Shown: positions 49,001-58,230 of the stretch, in pieces | How the letters are laid out: each line of letters starts with the position of its first letter | How positions within the stretch are numbered: position 1 is the first letter of the stretch | Assembly (NCBI GenBank): GCA_046881825.1 | Contig: JBKSMS010000010.1 | Location: 86,348-150,347 of the forward strand | DNA: 64,000 bases | Source of the DNA: Alphaproteobacteria bacterium | GTDB lineage: Bacteria; Pseudomonadota; Alphaproteobacteria; Rs-D84 | Direction of reading: 5' to 3' | The notes under the pieces: model-generated | Database searches by the model: none | What the model was told of the DNA's origin: nothing | Seen by the model: only the letters and a program-made list of their open reading frames with translations | Made by a program: the position numbers and the translations under genes

Positions 49001-49301
49001 AATAGATTCTTTTAAAGGTAGTGTTATTGCTTTGCAGAATGCTTGTGCAAATTACATAACTACTGGTGAAAGTGGCAGAGCGGCCAAGGCGGCGCGTACG
49101 ATAATCCCAATCGCTACAACATTGGCGGGCGGTGCTTTGGGTGCTGGGATAACTGCTTCGGTTATCAAACAGAACAGAGAAAATATTAAAAATACTGCTG
49201 CGCAACAATGGATGGATGAAATCGGTGAACATATCCAATGCTATATTGGCACCGAAGAATTAGGAACATACGGCGATGTCGTAAGTATCGAATTAGATTA
49301 A
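46062..49301 (+). CDS. Large secreted Cys-rich repeat protein (1079 aa), two C-terminal hydrophobic segments; no recognisable family
   Basis: Signal peptide MRNIVKIFGLLSIIAVIPGAMAA and SD GGAGAAAAGAG. Two 52-aa six-Cys modules, three C-x6-C-x4-C-x6/7-C modules and many further Cys. G/A-rich hydrophobic stretches near nt 48605-48680 and 49101-49166. Flanked by terminators. Confidence 0.7.
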   Translation: MRNIVKIFGLLSIIAVIPGAMAATSRVSVINNASPRLPSIAGRLISGTTNTVTNTTTSSTAAYYGDSECIEKYTDCIKEDDVCGSDFQECTTNVLFHGQMSKCLSVLYQCSSSGINALFGTTAINALSTVSTTATVDGVTEVTRYTYPTDGSVLGQLIIGAGITNKLTTEQCVRRYTNCLQRDDICGADFELCTTNKLFKKQALLCDSTLQRCQNDGKKELFGSVADAGRLAPQGDSRLRQLIDEGASLAALNAVKTCQKVTDNCLVSACAKNPLSCVEGTSLASIDAAEFIASGTGALQTAQVMHEGVETATASDVRKLLKTACLETIGSNRYCHMTYREKVPSDRELGDPDLQEEVFSLAYSARKSYANTKVQEAMKKFDTKAKNSCVETIKECAMRSCGGGLGSVCYKQAGNGTTGVQVNGTNTYGDIMAGCSAIVNADANCIYAATSAGEDGYTYTYYDDSEDSAFNRLFPLFSESARDPIGAVATLNSLLATSYNDAAIEKMKKQCQTVALSCVKSMCGTDYENCYRNRTDIVSGTYDTGVGKFDRSMNKMGGVLDYNIVIGMCMNTVKNSSVCEEHLKVATAEWRNSEYSDSESWGANNTVRDAWRDANKTTITGTYENQVIIACKPGEQDNVGNENCNQYATIDPIDGDCIGVMDEEGCVYSEPVYETYTEYVLNNGAKTLFETLLVDVEKEVQAKYNAKLTKEQNVCLANNAGGVMGATETGSTFMWVKLKSGRVPANYVNKGLNTRQFVASNDLYGSFCRARITVQSDDKDIQDLLKNNSVAYFAVGDSFTCGSWISDADLRKISDTVGNRELCKQGYGQWDSKTGKCDGSKLSTKEKIAYAWGTVAPALAGTGIGLGLTESGLINKAITKGNENNSVSQETIDRWADSCDERASAAITNADSALGQLGDLAKLEEVVNIANGAAGAAYTACYNMGISEREGCRNLSITLNTKKGDNGGRVLRDEEETKRKIDSFKGSVIALQNACANYITTGESGRAAKAARTIIPIATTLAGGALGAGITASVIKQNRENIKNTAAQQWMDEIGEHIQCYIGTEELGTYGDVVSIELD

Positions 49302-49320
49302 GTTTGATTTGTGATGATGT

Positions 49321-49352
49321 AAAAAAGGTTGCGATTTTCGCAACCTTTTTTT
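49321..49352 (+). terminator. Intrinsic terminator after the 1079-aa Cys-rich gene
   Basis: ggttgcg-atttt-cgcaacc (49327-49345) followed by T7 and preceded by A6. Confidence 0.8.
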
Positions 49353-49379
49353 ATAATCAAAATATCAAAAGGGGTATTC

Positions 49380-50426
49380 ATGTTTAAAAATTTATTGCGT
49401 AAAATTTTTGGACCACGTGGTAAAAAAATTACTGCTGGGGAATTGGCTAAAAAATTTGGTCTGGAATTAAAAGGCAAAGCCAGCGAAGTGGTCAGTGGGG
49501 TTGCGCCTATTGCGGATGCCAAGGCGGGACAATTGGCTTTCTATTCCACAGAACGAAATTCAAATGCTTTTAAAATTTTACCGATTGCGGTGTTGGAAAA
49601 TACCAAGGCATCGGTTATTTTATTGCAACGTGAACAAATTAAACATGCACCAAAGGGGGCAACACTTCTTATTACAGATTCGCCGCGTGGGAATATAGTT
49701 AAAATATTGGGCGAAATTTACGCTGAAAAACCACGTTTTGGGGTTTCTTATTTTGCGACTATTGAACGTGGTGTGTTTTTCCGTAAAAAACGCACGGTGT
49801 ATGTTGGGCAATATGCCACGATAGAAAAGGGCGCTGTGATAGAAGAGGGGGTAAAAATTTACCCGGGTGCTTTTATTGGTCGTAATGTTATTTTGGGTGC
49901 GAACACTGTCGTGCATACGGGGGCGCATATTGAAAATGCAACTATCGGTTCTGATTGTGTGATAAATGCAAATGCGGTGATTGGTAAAGATGGTTTTGGG
50001 TACACCCGTCAAAATGGTAAAAATGTTTTTATTCCACATACTGGGCGTGTGGTTTTGGGAAATCGTGTATCAGTTGGGGCTAATACATGTATCGATCGTG
50101 GTGCGATGACTGATACTGTTGTGGGGGACGGAACCAAAATTGATAATTTGTGTCAAATTGCACATGGTGTTGTAATCGGCAAAGAATGTTTCTTGGCGGC
50201 TGGTGTTGGTTTGGCGGGTGGTGTTGTTGTTGGTGACAGGGTGCTGTTGGCGGGTCAGGTTGGTGTTCCAAACGGTATTCGTATCGGCGATGAAGCTGAA
50301 ATTGGTGCAAAAAGTGGTGTGTTCCGTAATGTCCCAGCGGGTGAAAAATGGATGGGAATGCCTGCAGGGCCGGGCATAGAATTTTTACGTCACTATGCGT
50401 GGGTAAAGAAAAATATGAAGAAATAA
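49380..50426 (+). CDS. lpxD: UDP-3-O-acylglucosamine N-acyltransferase
   Basis: LpxD N-terminal domain followed by long hexapeptide-repeat left-handed beta-helix (IGSDCVINANAVIG, GDGTKIDNLCQIAHGVVIG, VGDRVLLAGQVGV). The ORF-track start at 49329 lies inside the upstream terminator hairpin. Confidence 0.9.
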   Translation: MFKNLLRKIFGPRGKKITAGELAKKFGLELKGKASEVVSGVAPIADAKAGQLAFYSTERNSNAFKILPIAVLENTKASVILLQREQIKHAPKGATLLITDSPRGNIVKILGEIYAEKPRFGVSYFATIERGVFFRKKRTVYVGQYATIEKGAVIEEGVKIYPGAFIGRNVILGANTVVHTGAHIENATIGSDCVINANAVIGKDGFGYTRQNGKNVFIPHTGRVVLGNRVSVGANTCIDRGAMTDTVVGDGTKIDNLCQIAHGVVIGKECFLAAGVGLAGGVVVGDRVLLAGQVGVPNGIRIGDEAEIGAKSGVFRNVPAGEKWMGMPAGPGIEFLRHYAWVKKNMKK

Positions 50427-50461
50427 TTATTAAATCGCGGCTTTGCGTTTGCAAAGACGGA

Positions 50462-50962
50462 TTATTTCTTGAAATATTTTTTCAATGTTTCATATGCACT
50501 TGTGATGCGGGTAAATTCTGTCGTTGATGATTTTTTATTTTGTGCCGTATCTGGGTGATATTTCTTAGCTAAACTTCTATATCGTGCGGCAATTTCACGC
50601 CAAGACGCGGTAATCGGTAAATCAAACACACGCATTGCAGATACGATTTGTGACGGGACTGTCTTTTTTGCCGGCATTTTATCAAATGTTGAACGACCGG
50701 TTAAAAAATCATTAAGGAACTGAACATATTCTGCTTCTTGTTTATTGTTTTGTTCTTTGTCTTTGTCTGCGATTCCAAAAGTTTCGCGTTCCCATTCTGC
50801 ATCGATTTCATCAGGTGTCATATTCGCGTAATAGTTCCAATTTTTATTGTATTCAGCGGCATGTTCTTTGCAGAACCACCAATATTCTTTTAAATCACGA
50901 GATTTAGGTGCACGGCAAGTGCCAGCTTTGGTGCATCCAGGATGGTCGCATTTAGTTATCAT
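50462..50962 (-). CDS. J-domain protein (C-terminal J domain, N-terminal Cys-rich motif)
   Basis: C-terminal WREIAARYRSLAKKYHPDTA (HPD) and N-terminal CDHPGCTKAGTCRAPKSR..YWWFCKEHAAEYNKNWNYY. This layout is typical of a conserved alphaproteobacterial J-protein. Confidence 0.75.
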   Translation of the reverse strand: MITKCDHPGCTKAGTCRAPKSRDLKEYWWFCKEHAAEYNKNWNYYANMTPDEIDAEWERETFGIADKDKEQNNKQEAEYVQFLNDFLTGRSTFDKMPAKKTVPSQIVSAMRVFDLPITASWREIAARYRSLAKKYHPDTAQNKKSSTTEFTRITSAYETLKKYFKK

Positions 50963-50963
50963 T

Positions 50964-51827
50964 TTATAAATCCTTTATTTCATCATGCGCCAATGGATGC
51001 GCGCTTTCCACAGTATCACGCAATTTTTCTGGTAAAACATGAGTATATATTTGTGTCGTAGAAATGTCTTCGTGTCCCAACATTGTTTGTATCACACGCA
51101 AATTTGCACCACCAGCCAATAAATGTGAAGCAAACGAATGTCGCAACACGTGTGGTGAAACACGTGATGGTTCTATGCCCGCTAGAACAGCACACTTTTT
51201 TAATATCTTGAAAAATCCATCGCGAGTTATATGACCTGTCTGAGAGTTACTTGGAAAAACATATTTCGAATCGTTGTCACCACGGATTTCCAACCATTTA
51301 TGTAATGCGTGTTGCGCCGCTTCGTGCATGGGGACCAGTCTTTCTTTAGCGCCTTTGCCATGTATCAATAATTTATCCCCCAAATTCGCAGAAAGTGGCA
51401 ATTCACATAATTCTGATACACGCAATCCCGAGGCATACAATAATTCCAACATACATTTTAACCGAACTGATGTTTTTATGTCGCCAGATGAAGATATTAA
51501 TAATTCTATTTCTTCTGGGGATAAATATTTAGGTAATGCACGTCCGCGTTTTGGTAGTTCCAGATTCGCTGTCGGATTTTTCGTTATGATTTTTTCCAAC
51601 ATTAAGAATTTGTAAAAAGTGCGCAGTGCGCTGGCTTTGCGTGAAATAGACGATGGTTTGTCCGGTAAATGTGATAAATAATTTTGTATGTCAGTGGCAG
51701 ATGCATTTAGCAAATCACCGATTTCGTTTTCTGCCTGGTGCAGGTCAGAAGCATACGCACTTAGCGTTTGTTGACTGCGTCCTTTTTCTGCAGCAAGAGC
51801 TTCTAAAAATATTTCTATGTATTTCAT
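50964..51827 (-). CDS. xerD: Tyrosine recombinase XerD
   Basis: LYASGLRVSEL, KGAKERLVP, HVLRHSFASHLL and LGHEDISTTQIYTHV give the R-H-R-Y catalytic set. Start at ATG 51827 (MKYIEIFLEALAAEKG) gives the canonical N-terminus. ATG 51911 is an alternative start. Confidence 0.85.
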   Translation of the reverse strand: MKYIEIFLEALAAEKGRSQQTLSAYASDLHQAENEIGDLLNASATDIQNYLSHLPDKPSSISRKASALRTFYKFLMLEKIITKNPTANLELPKRGRALPKYLSPEEIELLISSSGDIKTSVRLKCMLELLYASGLRVSELCELPLSANLGDKLLIHGKGAKERLVPMHEAAQHALHKWLEIRGDNDSKYVFPSNSQTGHITRDGFFKILKKCAVLAGIEPSRVSPHVLRHSFASHLLAGGANLRVIQTMLGHEDISTTQIYTHVLPEKLRDTVESAHPLAHDEIKDL

Positions 51828-51966
51828 GGATAAAGAACTGTTTCTGTAAATTCTGGGGTTGGTGCAAATGATATTATCATCAATATCAATATAATGATTG
51901 CGATTCCCCATATGATATATTTCTTGTTGCTTGTTTTTTTACGCAGTGGCATATCTATTTCCTTTG

Positions 51967-53034
51967 TTATATCGTATCAAAGCTGGTTATGAACATACAT
52001 GAGGCTGCTATAATTATTATTTGTGGTGCGATGATCGCAATCAGTGGGGGTAATGTTCCCGTATTTCCCAACGCATTAAACAAATTTACAATAAAATAAA
52101 GCGCAAAACATGTCAATACACCAAGGCTGAATTTCAACCCAAAAGTATAATTGCGACGCTGTCTGGTTTGTGAAAAAGCAATCCCCAAAACGACCATAGC
52201 CATCATGTTTAATGGCAAGAAAAACAGTGTCCAAAATTGAACCTGATGCCCGCGTATTGGTACACCAATATCTTTCATTTTATGTATAAAAGTTGGCAAT
52301 TTCCAAAAGGAAATTTGGTCTGGTTGCAAATATCTGTCCAGAACAGTTGTTGGTGTTAATTTTGTGTCTATGTGTGCAGATTCTTTTTTTGTGGCCCCAT
52401 CTGCGGTAGTTACATCAGCCTTTTCAATATCTATACCATTGTTTGACAGTGTTGCATTGTTCGCAAATACTTGTTTTTGTAATTTAAATGCGTTGTCTTG
52501 TAATAATATAGTTATGTTGTCAAATACAACATCTTTGTTATGCGCGATGTGTAATCCTTCGGCGCGGGCGGTCAATATTCCTTCGTCAGATTTTTCACGC
52601 AACCATATCGCATTATCTATCAGTTTTAATTGGTGCCCAGTCAAATTCTTGGTCGTTAAATTTACAGAATAAGGATTTATAACACACGAAGCAAAAATTC
52701 CAATTACAAAAGCACCAAATAAAAATGGACGTGCTATTTGAAAAGGTGATAAACCAGTTCCCGATGCAATTATCAATTCCGTAGATTTAGTTAAATTATA
52801 AAAGGCAACCAAAGTCCCCATAAATACAGCCAAGGGTAAAAACATTGGTATATATTCTAACAGTCGCAACCATGAATCAACCAGGGTAGATATCGCATCT
52901 GGGTTTGCAGAAAGTCTTTCCACGAATGTGACAGCAAAAATAACCCCACACACAGTCAGCATCACCAGAAAGAAGCTGACAAAAAAACGTCGCAACAGGA
53001 ATAATGTCAAAACTTTTGGTTTAAATCTTATCAT
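51967..53034 (-). CDS. LPS export ABC permease, LptF/LptG (YjgP/YjgQ) family
   Basis: N-terminal LTLFLLRRFFVSFFLVMLTV, six TM segments, and a large periplasmic domain between TM3 and TM4. ATG 53058 is an alternative start. Confidence 0.75.
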   Translation of the reverse strand: MIRFKPKVLTLFLLRRFFVSFFLVMLTVCGVIFAVTFVERLSANPDAISTLVDSWLRLLEYIPMFLPLAVFMGTLVAFYNLTKSTELIIASGTGLSPFQIARPFLFGAFVIGIFASCVINPYSVNLTTKNLTGHQLKLIDNAIWLREKSDEGILTARAEGLHIAHNKDVVFDNITILLQDNAFKLQKQVFANNATLSNNGIDIEKADVTTADGATKKESAHIDTKLTPTTVLDRYLQPDQISFWKLPTFIHKMKDIGVPIRGHQVQFWTLFFLPLNMMAMVVLGIAFSQTRQRRNYTFGLKFSLGVLTCFALYFIVNLFNALGNTGTLPPLIAIIAPQIIIIAASCMFITSFDTI

Positions 53035-53120
53035 AGATATATAGTATAATCGTTTCAAATCATAATTGCAAAATTAAATTTAATGTTATATTGTTATAGG
53101 CAAAACATAAGGTGTATCAT

Positions 53121-53591
53121 ATGGAAAAGAAACCAATTTCGCGTCAGGGCTTTGATGCATTGTTGCGCGAATTAAAAGATTTAAAAGAAAATCAAAGACC
53201 AGAAATTTTAAAGGTTGTTCAATGGGCGCGCTCTCTGGGTGATTTGTCCGAAAATGCTGATTATAGCGCTGCCAAAGAAAAACAGCGTCAGATAGATAAA
53301 CGGATTCAGTTTATAGAGTCTGTTATTGAAAATGCCCAGGTCATAGATGTTGATTCTTTGTCTGGAAACAGGGTTGTTTTTGGGGCAAAAGTTATTACAG
53401 AAGACGAAGATGGCAATAAAATGGAGTGTCGAATTTTGTCCGATATAGAATCTGATGGACGTATGGTTATATCTTGTACTTCGCCGGTTGGGCGTGCTTT
53501 GATTGGTCATTGTGTTGGGGATACTTGTACTGTGCGTCTTCCAAGTGGTCAAAAAGAATTAGAAATAATAGATGTAAAGTTCAAGGATTAA
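53121..53591 (+). CDS. greA: Transcription elongation factor GreA
   Basis: Coiled-coil tip SLGDLSENADYSAAKE and C-terminal domain ISCTSPVGRALIGHCVGD. ATG 53121 with AAGGTG SD. Confidence 0.93.
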   Translation: MEKKPISRQGFDALLRELKDLKENQRPEILKVVQWARSLGDLSENADYSAAKEKQRQIDKRIQFIESVIENAQVIDVDSLSGNRVVFGAKVITEDEDGNKMECRILSDIESDGRMVISCTSPVGRALIGHCVGDTCTVRLPSGQKELEIIDVKFKD

Positions 53592-53592
53592 A

Positions 53593-55329
53593 ATGTCGAT
53601 TCGCGTTCTGCCAGATTTTTTGATAAATCAAATCGCAGCAGGCGAAGTGGTTGAAAAACCATCAAGTGTAGTCAAAGAATTGATTGAAAATGCGCTGGAT
53701 GCTGGGGCCAATCAAATTATCATAGATGTTGTTGACGGTGGGCGCACAATGATTTCTGTGATTGATAATGGGCGGGGGATGACGCGTGAAGATTTGGCGA
53801 ATTGTGTTTTGCGACATGCGACTTCTAAATTACCAGACGATGATTTGTTGAATATCAATTTTATGGGATTTCGTGGCGAAGCTTTGCCGTCTATTGCGTC
53901 TGTTTCAAATATGGTTATTGATACTTTTCATGATGGCGCGCCACATGGATTTCAATTAAATGTTGATGATATGGAAATCAAACCGTCTGATTGGGAAAGC
54001 GGAACACGGATAAGGGTTTCTAATTTATTTGCTAAAACCCCGGCACGGTTAAAATTTTTACATACTGACAAAGCTGAAATGTTATCTGTTGTGGATACTG
54101 TCAAACGGCTGGCAATGGCGCGCGTGGATGTTGGTTTTGTTTTGAATAACAAATGGCGTTTTCCAAAGAATCAAGATTTGTTGGAACGCGTGATTGCTGT
54201 TATGGGTGAAGATGCGCGTGGGAAAATGTTGATGGTGGACACAAAGTCTTCTTCGGCAGAAATGCGATTGCACGGATATATTTCACACCCGACTTTACGG
54301 CGCGCTTCGTCTGTGGACCAATATTTATTTGTAAATGGACGCCCGGTAAAAGATAAAGTTTTGGTTTCGGCACTTCGCGCAGCGTATATGGATGTTATGC
54401 ATGCACGTGAATTTCCATTGTGTGCATTATATTTGGAATTGCCATCGCGCAATGTAGATGTAAATGTTTCGCCTGCAAAAACCGAAGTGCATTTTTTGGA
54501 ACCTTCGCATGTGCGCAGTTTTATTATAAAATCTTTGCGCGCGGTGTTATCACAAACATTAAATCAAAATGTTCAAAACAATGTTGCGCGTGATAATAAA
54601 AATTTTGAAATTCCATTAACACAAACTTTTTTTAATTCAAATAAAATAGATACAAATTTATATGCAAAAAGTTTTGTCGCTGAACCGGATGTATACGGTG
54701 AAAACCGCCGTATAGAAGAAATTGATACACAACAAGAAATTGTTAAAACGGAATCTGAATTTGATTTACCTTTGGGACGTGTTATCGGGCAATTAAACGA
54801 TAAATATATTTTGGCAGAAAATGCAAATGGTTTTGTGATTGTTGACCAACATGCAGCGCACGAAAGAATCACTTATGAAAAATTGCGTAAACACGAAATT
54901 AAAACACAACCACTTTTGACACCTGTTGTTATAAAGTTGCGTGCTGAAGAAGTTGAATCTGTATTGATGGTGGTGGATGAATTAAAGCAATGTGGATTAC
55001 ATATCGATTCGTTTGGGGACAGTGCAATTGCTATTTTTGAAAAACCGTCTGATTGGGATTTGAATTGGGAAAAATGTTTCCATGAAATCGCAGACGAAGT
55101 GCGCATGAACGGACATTCTTCGAAATTACAAGAAAAATTACATTTAAAATTGGCTAATTTTGCGTGTCATCATTCTGTACGTGCGGGGCGCAGGTTAAAT
55201 ATGGCGGAAATGAACGCGATTTTGCGGGACATAGAACAAACAGAGCGGGGTGGTGAATGTAATCACGGTCGCCCGGTTTATATGATTATTCCGATATCTA
55301 AAATCGATTCGTTGTTTGAAAGGATATAG
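53593..55329 (+). CDS. mutL: DNA mismatch repair protein MutL (endonuclease-type)
   Basis: GHKL ATPase AAGEVVEKPSSVVKELIENALDAGA and DNGRGM. C-terminal DQHAAHERITYE, ACHHSVRAG and CNHGRP motifs. Confidence 0.93.
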   Translation: MSIRVLPDFLINQIAAGEVVEKPSSVVKELIENALDAGANQIIIDVVDGGRTMISVIDNGRGMTREDLANCVLRHATSKLPDDDLLNINFMGFRGEALPSIASVSNMVIDTFHDGAPHGFQLNVDDMEIKPSDWESGTRIRVSNLFAKTPARLKFLHTDKAEMLSVVDTVKRLAMARVDVGFVLNNKWRFPKNQDLLERVIAVMGEDARGKMLMVDTKSSSAEMRLHGYISHPTLRRASSVDQYLFVNGRPVKDKVLVSALRAAYMDVMHAREFPLCALYLELPSRNVDVNVSPAKTEVHFLEPSHVRSFIIKSLRAVLSQTLNQNVQNNVARDNKNFEIPLTQTFFNSNKIDTNLYAKSFVAEPDVYGENRRIEEIDTQQEIVKTESEFDLPLGRVIGQLNDKYILAENANGFVIVDQHAAHERITYEKLRKHEIKTQPLLTPVVIKLRAEEVESVLMVVDELKQCGLHIDSFGDSAIAIFEKPSDWDLNWEKCFHEIADEVRMNGHSSKLQEKLHLKLANFACHHSVRAGRRLNMAEMNAILRDIEQTERGGECNHGRPVYMIIPISKIDSLFERI

Positions 55330-55400
55330 GGCGGTTTTTTCCTTTACTTATGTTTGTTTTTTTACTATGGTTTATATATAAACTTTAAAGGAGAATATTC

Positions 55401-55715
55401 ATGAACGAGACTATTGAAGTTGCAAATCAAGTAAATCAAGTTGCACCAGCTGCGCAACCACAAGATGGTATGTGGGGTATGGTTCTTTACTGTGTTATTA
55501 TAATGGCGATATTGTATTTCTTTATGATACGGCCAAATAAAAAGCGTATGGCTGAATACCAAAAAATGCTCGATTCTATCAAAGTCGGCAATCGTGTGTT
55601 GGCTGCCGGTATTTATGGAACTGTAAAGAAAATTAACGACAAAAGTTTAGATGTTGAAATTGCCAAGGGTGTTGTTGTTGAAATCAACAAAAATGCTGTT
55701 GCGCATGTTGAATAG
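55401..55715 (+). CDS. yajC: Preprotein translocase subunit YajC
   Basis: One TM, then FFMIRPNKKRMAEYQKMLDSIKVGNRVLAAGIYGTV. SD AAGGAG. Located upstream of secD. Confidence 0.85.
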   Translation: MNETIEVANQVNQVAPAAQPQDGMWGMVLYCVIIMAILYFFMIRPNKKRMAEYQKMLDSIKVGNRVLAAGIYGTVKKINDKSLDVEIAKGVVVEINKNAVAHVE

Positions 55716-55737
55716 TGTTTTTTTAAGGTAGGTTATC

Positions 55738-57300
55738 ATGTTTAAAAAATTAGCAATTATTTTTATATCTTTGTTTGGGTGTTTGTTGGCTGTGCCAACT
55801 TTGTCGCCAAAATTAGCGCCTTATTTTCCATCGTGGATTCAACCGATTCCATTGGGGTTGGATTTAAAAGGTGGCGCACAATTATTGTTAGAGGTTAACA
55901 CAGATGTTATGTTAAAAGAAAAATCTGCACAGCTTTATGATGAAGTGCGCAGCGCTTTGATAGACAGAAACAAAGGTGTTATTCGTTTTTCTGATTTACG
56001 TAATACTGGCAAGGAAGTTAGTTTGATTGTGCGTGATGATGGCGAAGTATCAAAGGCCAAGGGACGTTTGCGTAGTGTTTTGGGTAATGATGTGGATGTG
56101 GCTTCAAGTGGAAAAGCTTTGACCGTATCTTATACTTCAAAGGCGCGTGAAGAATTTATAAATGATGCGATGAGCCGCAGTATCGAAATCGTGCGTCGTC
56201 GTATTGATGCGCTGGGGACCAAAGAACCTTCTATTCAATCCCAAGGCGGAAAATATATATTGGTTCAATTGCCGGGTGTAGATAATCCAGAACGTATCAA
56301 AGAATTGATTGGTAAAACTGCGAAAATGTCTTTCCATTTGGTAAATGAAAATATTACCAGTGCACAATTGCAATCTGGGCATGCGCCAAGTGGGACTATG
56401 TTTTTACAATATATGGAAAATCCAGGTCAGCTGATTCCTGTTTATTCGCGTGTAGAAGTTTCTGGGGACAGTTTGAAAAATTCCCAAGCTGATTTCGATC
56501 AAAATAATATGCCTGTGGTGACAACTGAATTTGATGCCAGTGGAACACGCAGATTTGCAAAACTTACTACTGAACATGTAAACGAAAGGTTTGCTATTGT
56601 ATTGGATGATAAAGTTTTGTCTGCACCAACAATTCGTGAACCGATTCCAGGCGGACGCGGACAAATATCTGGCGGATTTACTTTGCAGGGCGCGAAAGAT
56701 TTGGCTGTTCTGTTGCGTTCTGGCGCTTTGCCTGCACCATTGGAAGTTATCGAAGAACGCACAGTTGGTGCGGGATTGGGGGCTGATACAATTGCAACTG
56801 GAAAAATTGGTTCGGTTGTGGGTGTAATATTTATTTTAGTGTTTATGGCGATGATGTATGGCATATTTGGGTTATTTGCTGATATCGTTTTAATCGTCAA
56901 TTTGTTGATGATTATCGGTGTATCTGCGTTGTTTGGTGCAACACTTACTTTGCCTGGTATTGCTGGTATCGTGTTAACATTGGGTATGGCGGTTGACGCG
57001 AATATTTTGCCGTTTGAAAGAATTAGGGATGAAATCCGCGAAGGTGTTCCAACATTGCGTGCGGTAGATTATGGTTTTAGTCGTTCTACAAAAACTGTTA
57101 TGGATGGTGAATTGACTAATTTTATTTGCGCGTTGATTTTGTTCCAATTTGGTGCAGGTCCAATTCGTGGTTTTGCTGTGACTTTGTCAATAGGTGTGGC
57201 GACAACATTGTTTACGTGCTTGCTGTTGACACGCGTTTTTATTGATTGCTATATGAACGGCAAAAGCAAGAAAATTGGCTATGTAAGAATGAAAAAATAA
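55738..57300 (+). CDS. secD: Protein translocase subunit SecD
   Basis: LGLDLKGGAQLLLEV, a periplasmic P1 domain, and C-terminal TM bundle GIAGIVLTLGMAVDANIL. Confidence 0.93.
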   Translation: MFKKLAIIFISLFGCLLAVPTLSPKLAPYFPSWIQPIPLGLDLKGGAQLLLEVNTDVMLKEKSAQLYDEVRSALIDRNKGVIRFSDLRNTGKEVSLIVRDDGEVSKAKGRLRSVLGNDVDVASSGKALTVSYTSKAREEFINDAMSRSIEIVRRRIDALGTKEPSIQSQGGKYILVQLPGVDNPERIKELIGKTAKMSFHLVNENITSAQLQSGHAPSGTMFLQYMENPGQLIPVYSRVEVSGDSLKNSQADFDQNNMPVVTTEFDASGTRRFAKLTTEHVNERFAIVLDDKVLSAPTIREPIPGGRGQISGGFTLQGAKDLAVLLRSGALPAPLEVIEERTVGAGLGADTIATGKIGSVVGVIFILVFMAMMYGIFGLFADIVLIVNLLMIIGVSALFGATLTLPGIAGIVLTLGMAVDANILPFERIRDEIREGVPTLRAVDYGFSRSTKTVMDGELTNFICALILFQFGAGPIRGFAVTLSIGVATTLFTCLLLTRVFIDCYMNGKSKKIGYVRMKK

Positions 57301-57331
57301 AAAATAAAAGTGCATATGAAGGAGTAAACTG

Positions 57332-58195
57332 ATGAAATTGCATTTTATGAAATATCGTAAATTATCGTATTGGATTTCTGCGATTTGTATTGTGTTATCT
57401 ATATTGTCTATTGTGTTCAAAGGTTTTAATTACGGCATAGACTTTTCAGGTGGTATTTCAATGGAAGTTAAACCAACATCCGCAGAATATACCATTGATA
57501 AAATGCGTCATGATTTAGCAGAATTTAAACCTGAATTACAAGCTGTGGATGGTGATGCTATTTTGTTGCGTGTAGGATTGCCAAAGGGATCAACTGATGA
57601 ACAACAAAATGAACGCGTGACACAAATTAAAAATATTTTGGGCGACCATGTGACTTATTCCCAGGTCCAAGTTGTGGGACCAAAAATTGGTGGCGAATTG
57701 ATTCGTGGTGGTGTTCTGGCTATATTAGTGTCATTTATAATGATGTCTATATATATCTGGATTCGCTATCGCGGGGGGTATGCTGTTGGGTCTTTTGTAT
57801 CATTGATATTTGATATGATATTGATGTTTGGATTCTTTTCCATTGCTGGATTGGAATTCAATCAGACTGCGATTGCTGTGATTTTGATGGGGCTTGGATA
57901 TTCTGTTAATGACAAGGTTGTGAATTACGACAGAATCGATGAAAACCTTAAAAAATATCACAAAATGCCGGTAAGCGATGTTATCGATTTGTCTGTTAAT
58001 GAAATGTTATACAGAACTCTTATGACCAGTGTATCGACTGTTTTGGCTATGATTGGTATTTACATGTTTGGTGGTCAAATGTTGCAAGAATTTGCAGTTG
58101 CTATGACTTTCTCTATCATAAGTGGAACATTAACAAGTATATATATTTCTAATGTTATTTTGTATCACTTTAATTTGCGGGAAACAGATTATTAA
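57332..58195 (+). CDS. secF: Protein translocase subunit SecF
   Basis: GFNYGIDFSGG, VGPKIGGEL, and TM bundle with GYSVNDKVVNYDRI. Confidence 0.93.
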   Translation: MKLHFMKYRKLSYWISAICIVLSILSIVFKGFNYGIDFSGGISMEVKPTSAEYTIDKMRHDLAEFKPELQAVDGDAILLRVGLPKGSTDEQQNERVTQIKNILGDHVTYSQVQVVGPKIGGELIRGGVLAILVSFIMMSIYIWIRYRGGYAVGSFVSLIFDMILMFGFFSIAGLEFNQTAIAVILMGLGYSVNDKVVNYDRIDENLKKYHKMPVSDVIDLSVNEMLYRTLMTSVSTVLAMIGIYMFGGQMLQEFAVAMTFSIISGTLTSIYISNVILYHFNLRETDY

Positions 58196-58230
58196 AAACA
58201 GGCACAGACCAAGGAAAGGAGAGAAAACAA

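Noticed and set aside
50964-51911. Tyrosine recombinase as a marker of an integrated mobile element
   Set aside because: The sequence has the full XerD-type signature. It sits between lptF/G and a conserved J-protein, with no att-like repeats, phage or conjugation genes adjacent. I interpret it as the chromosomal dimer-resolution recombinase.
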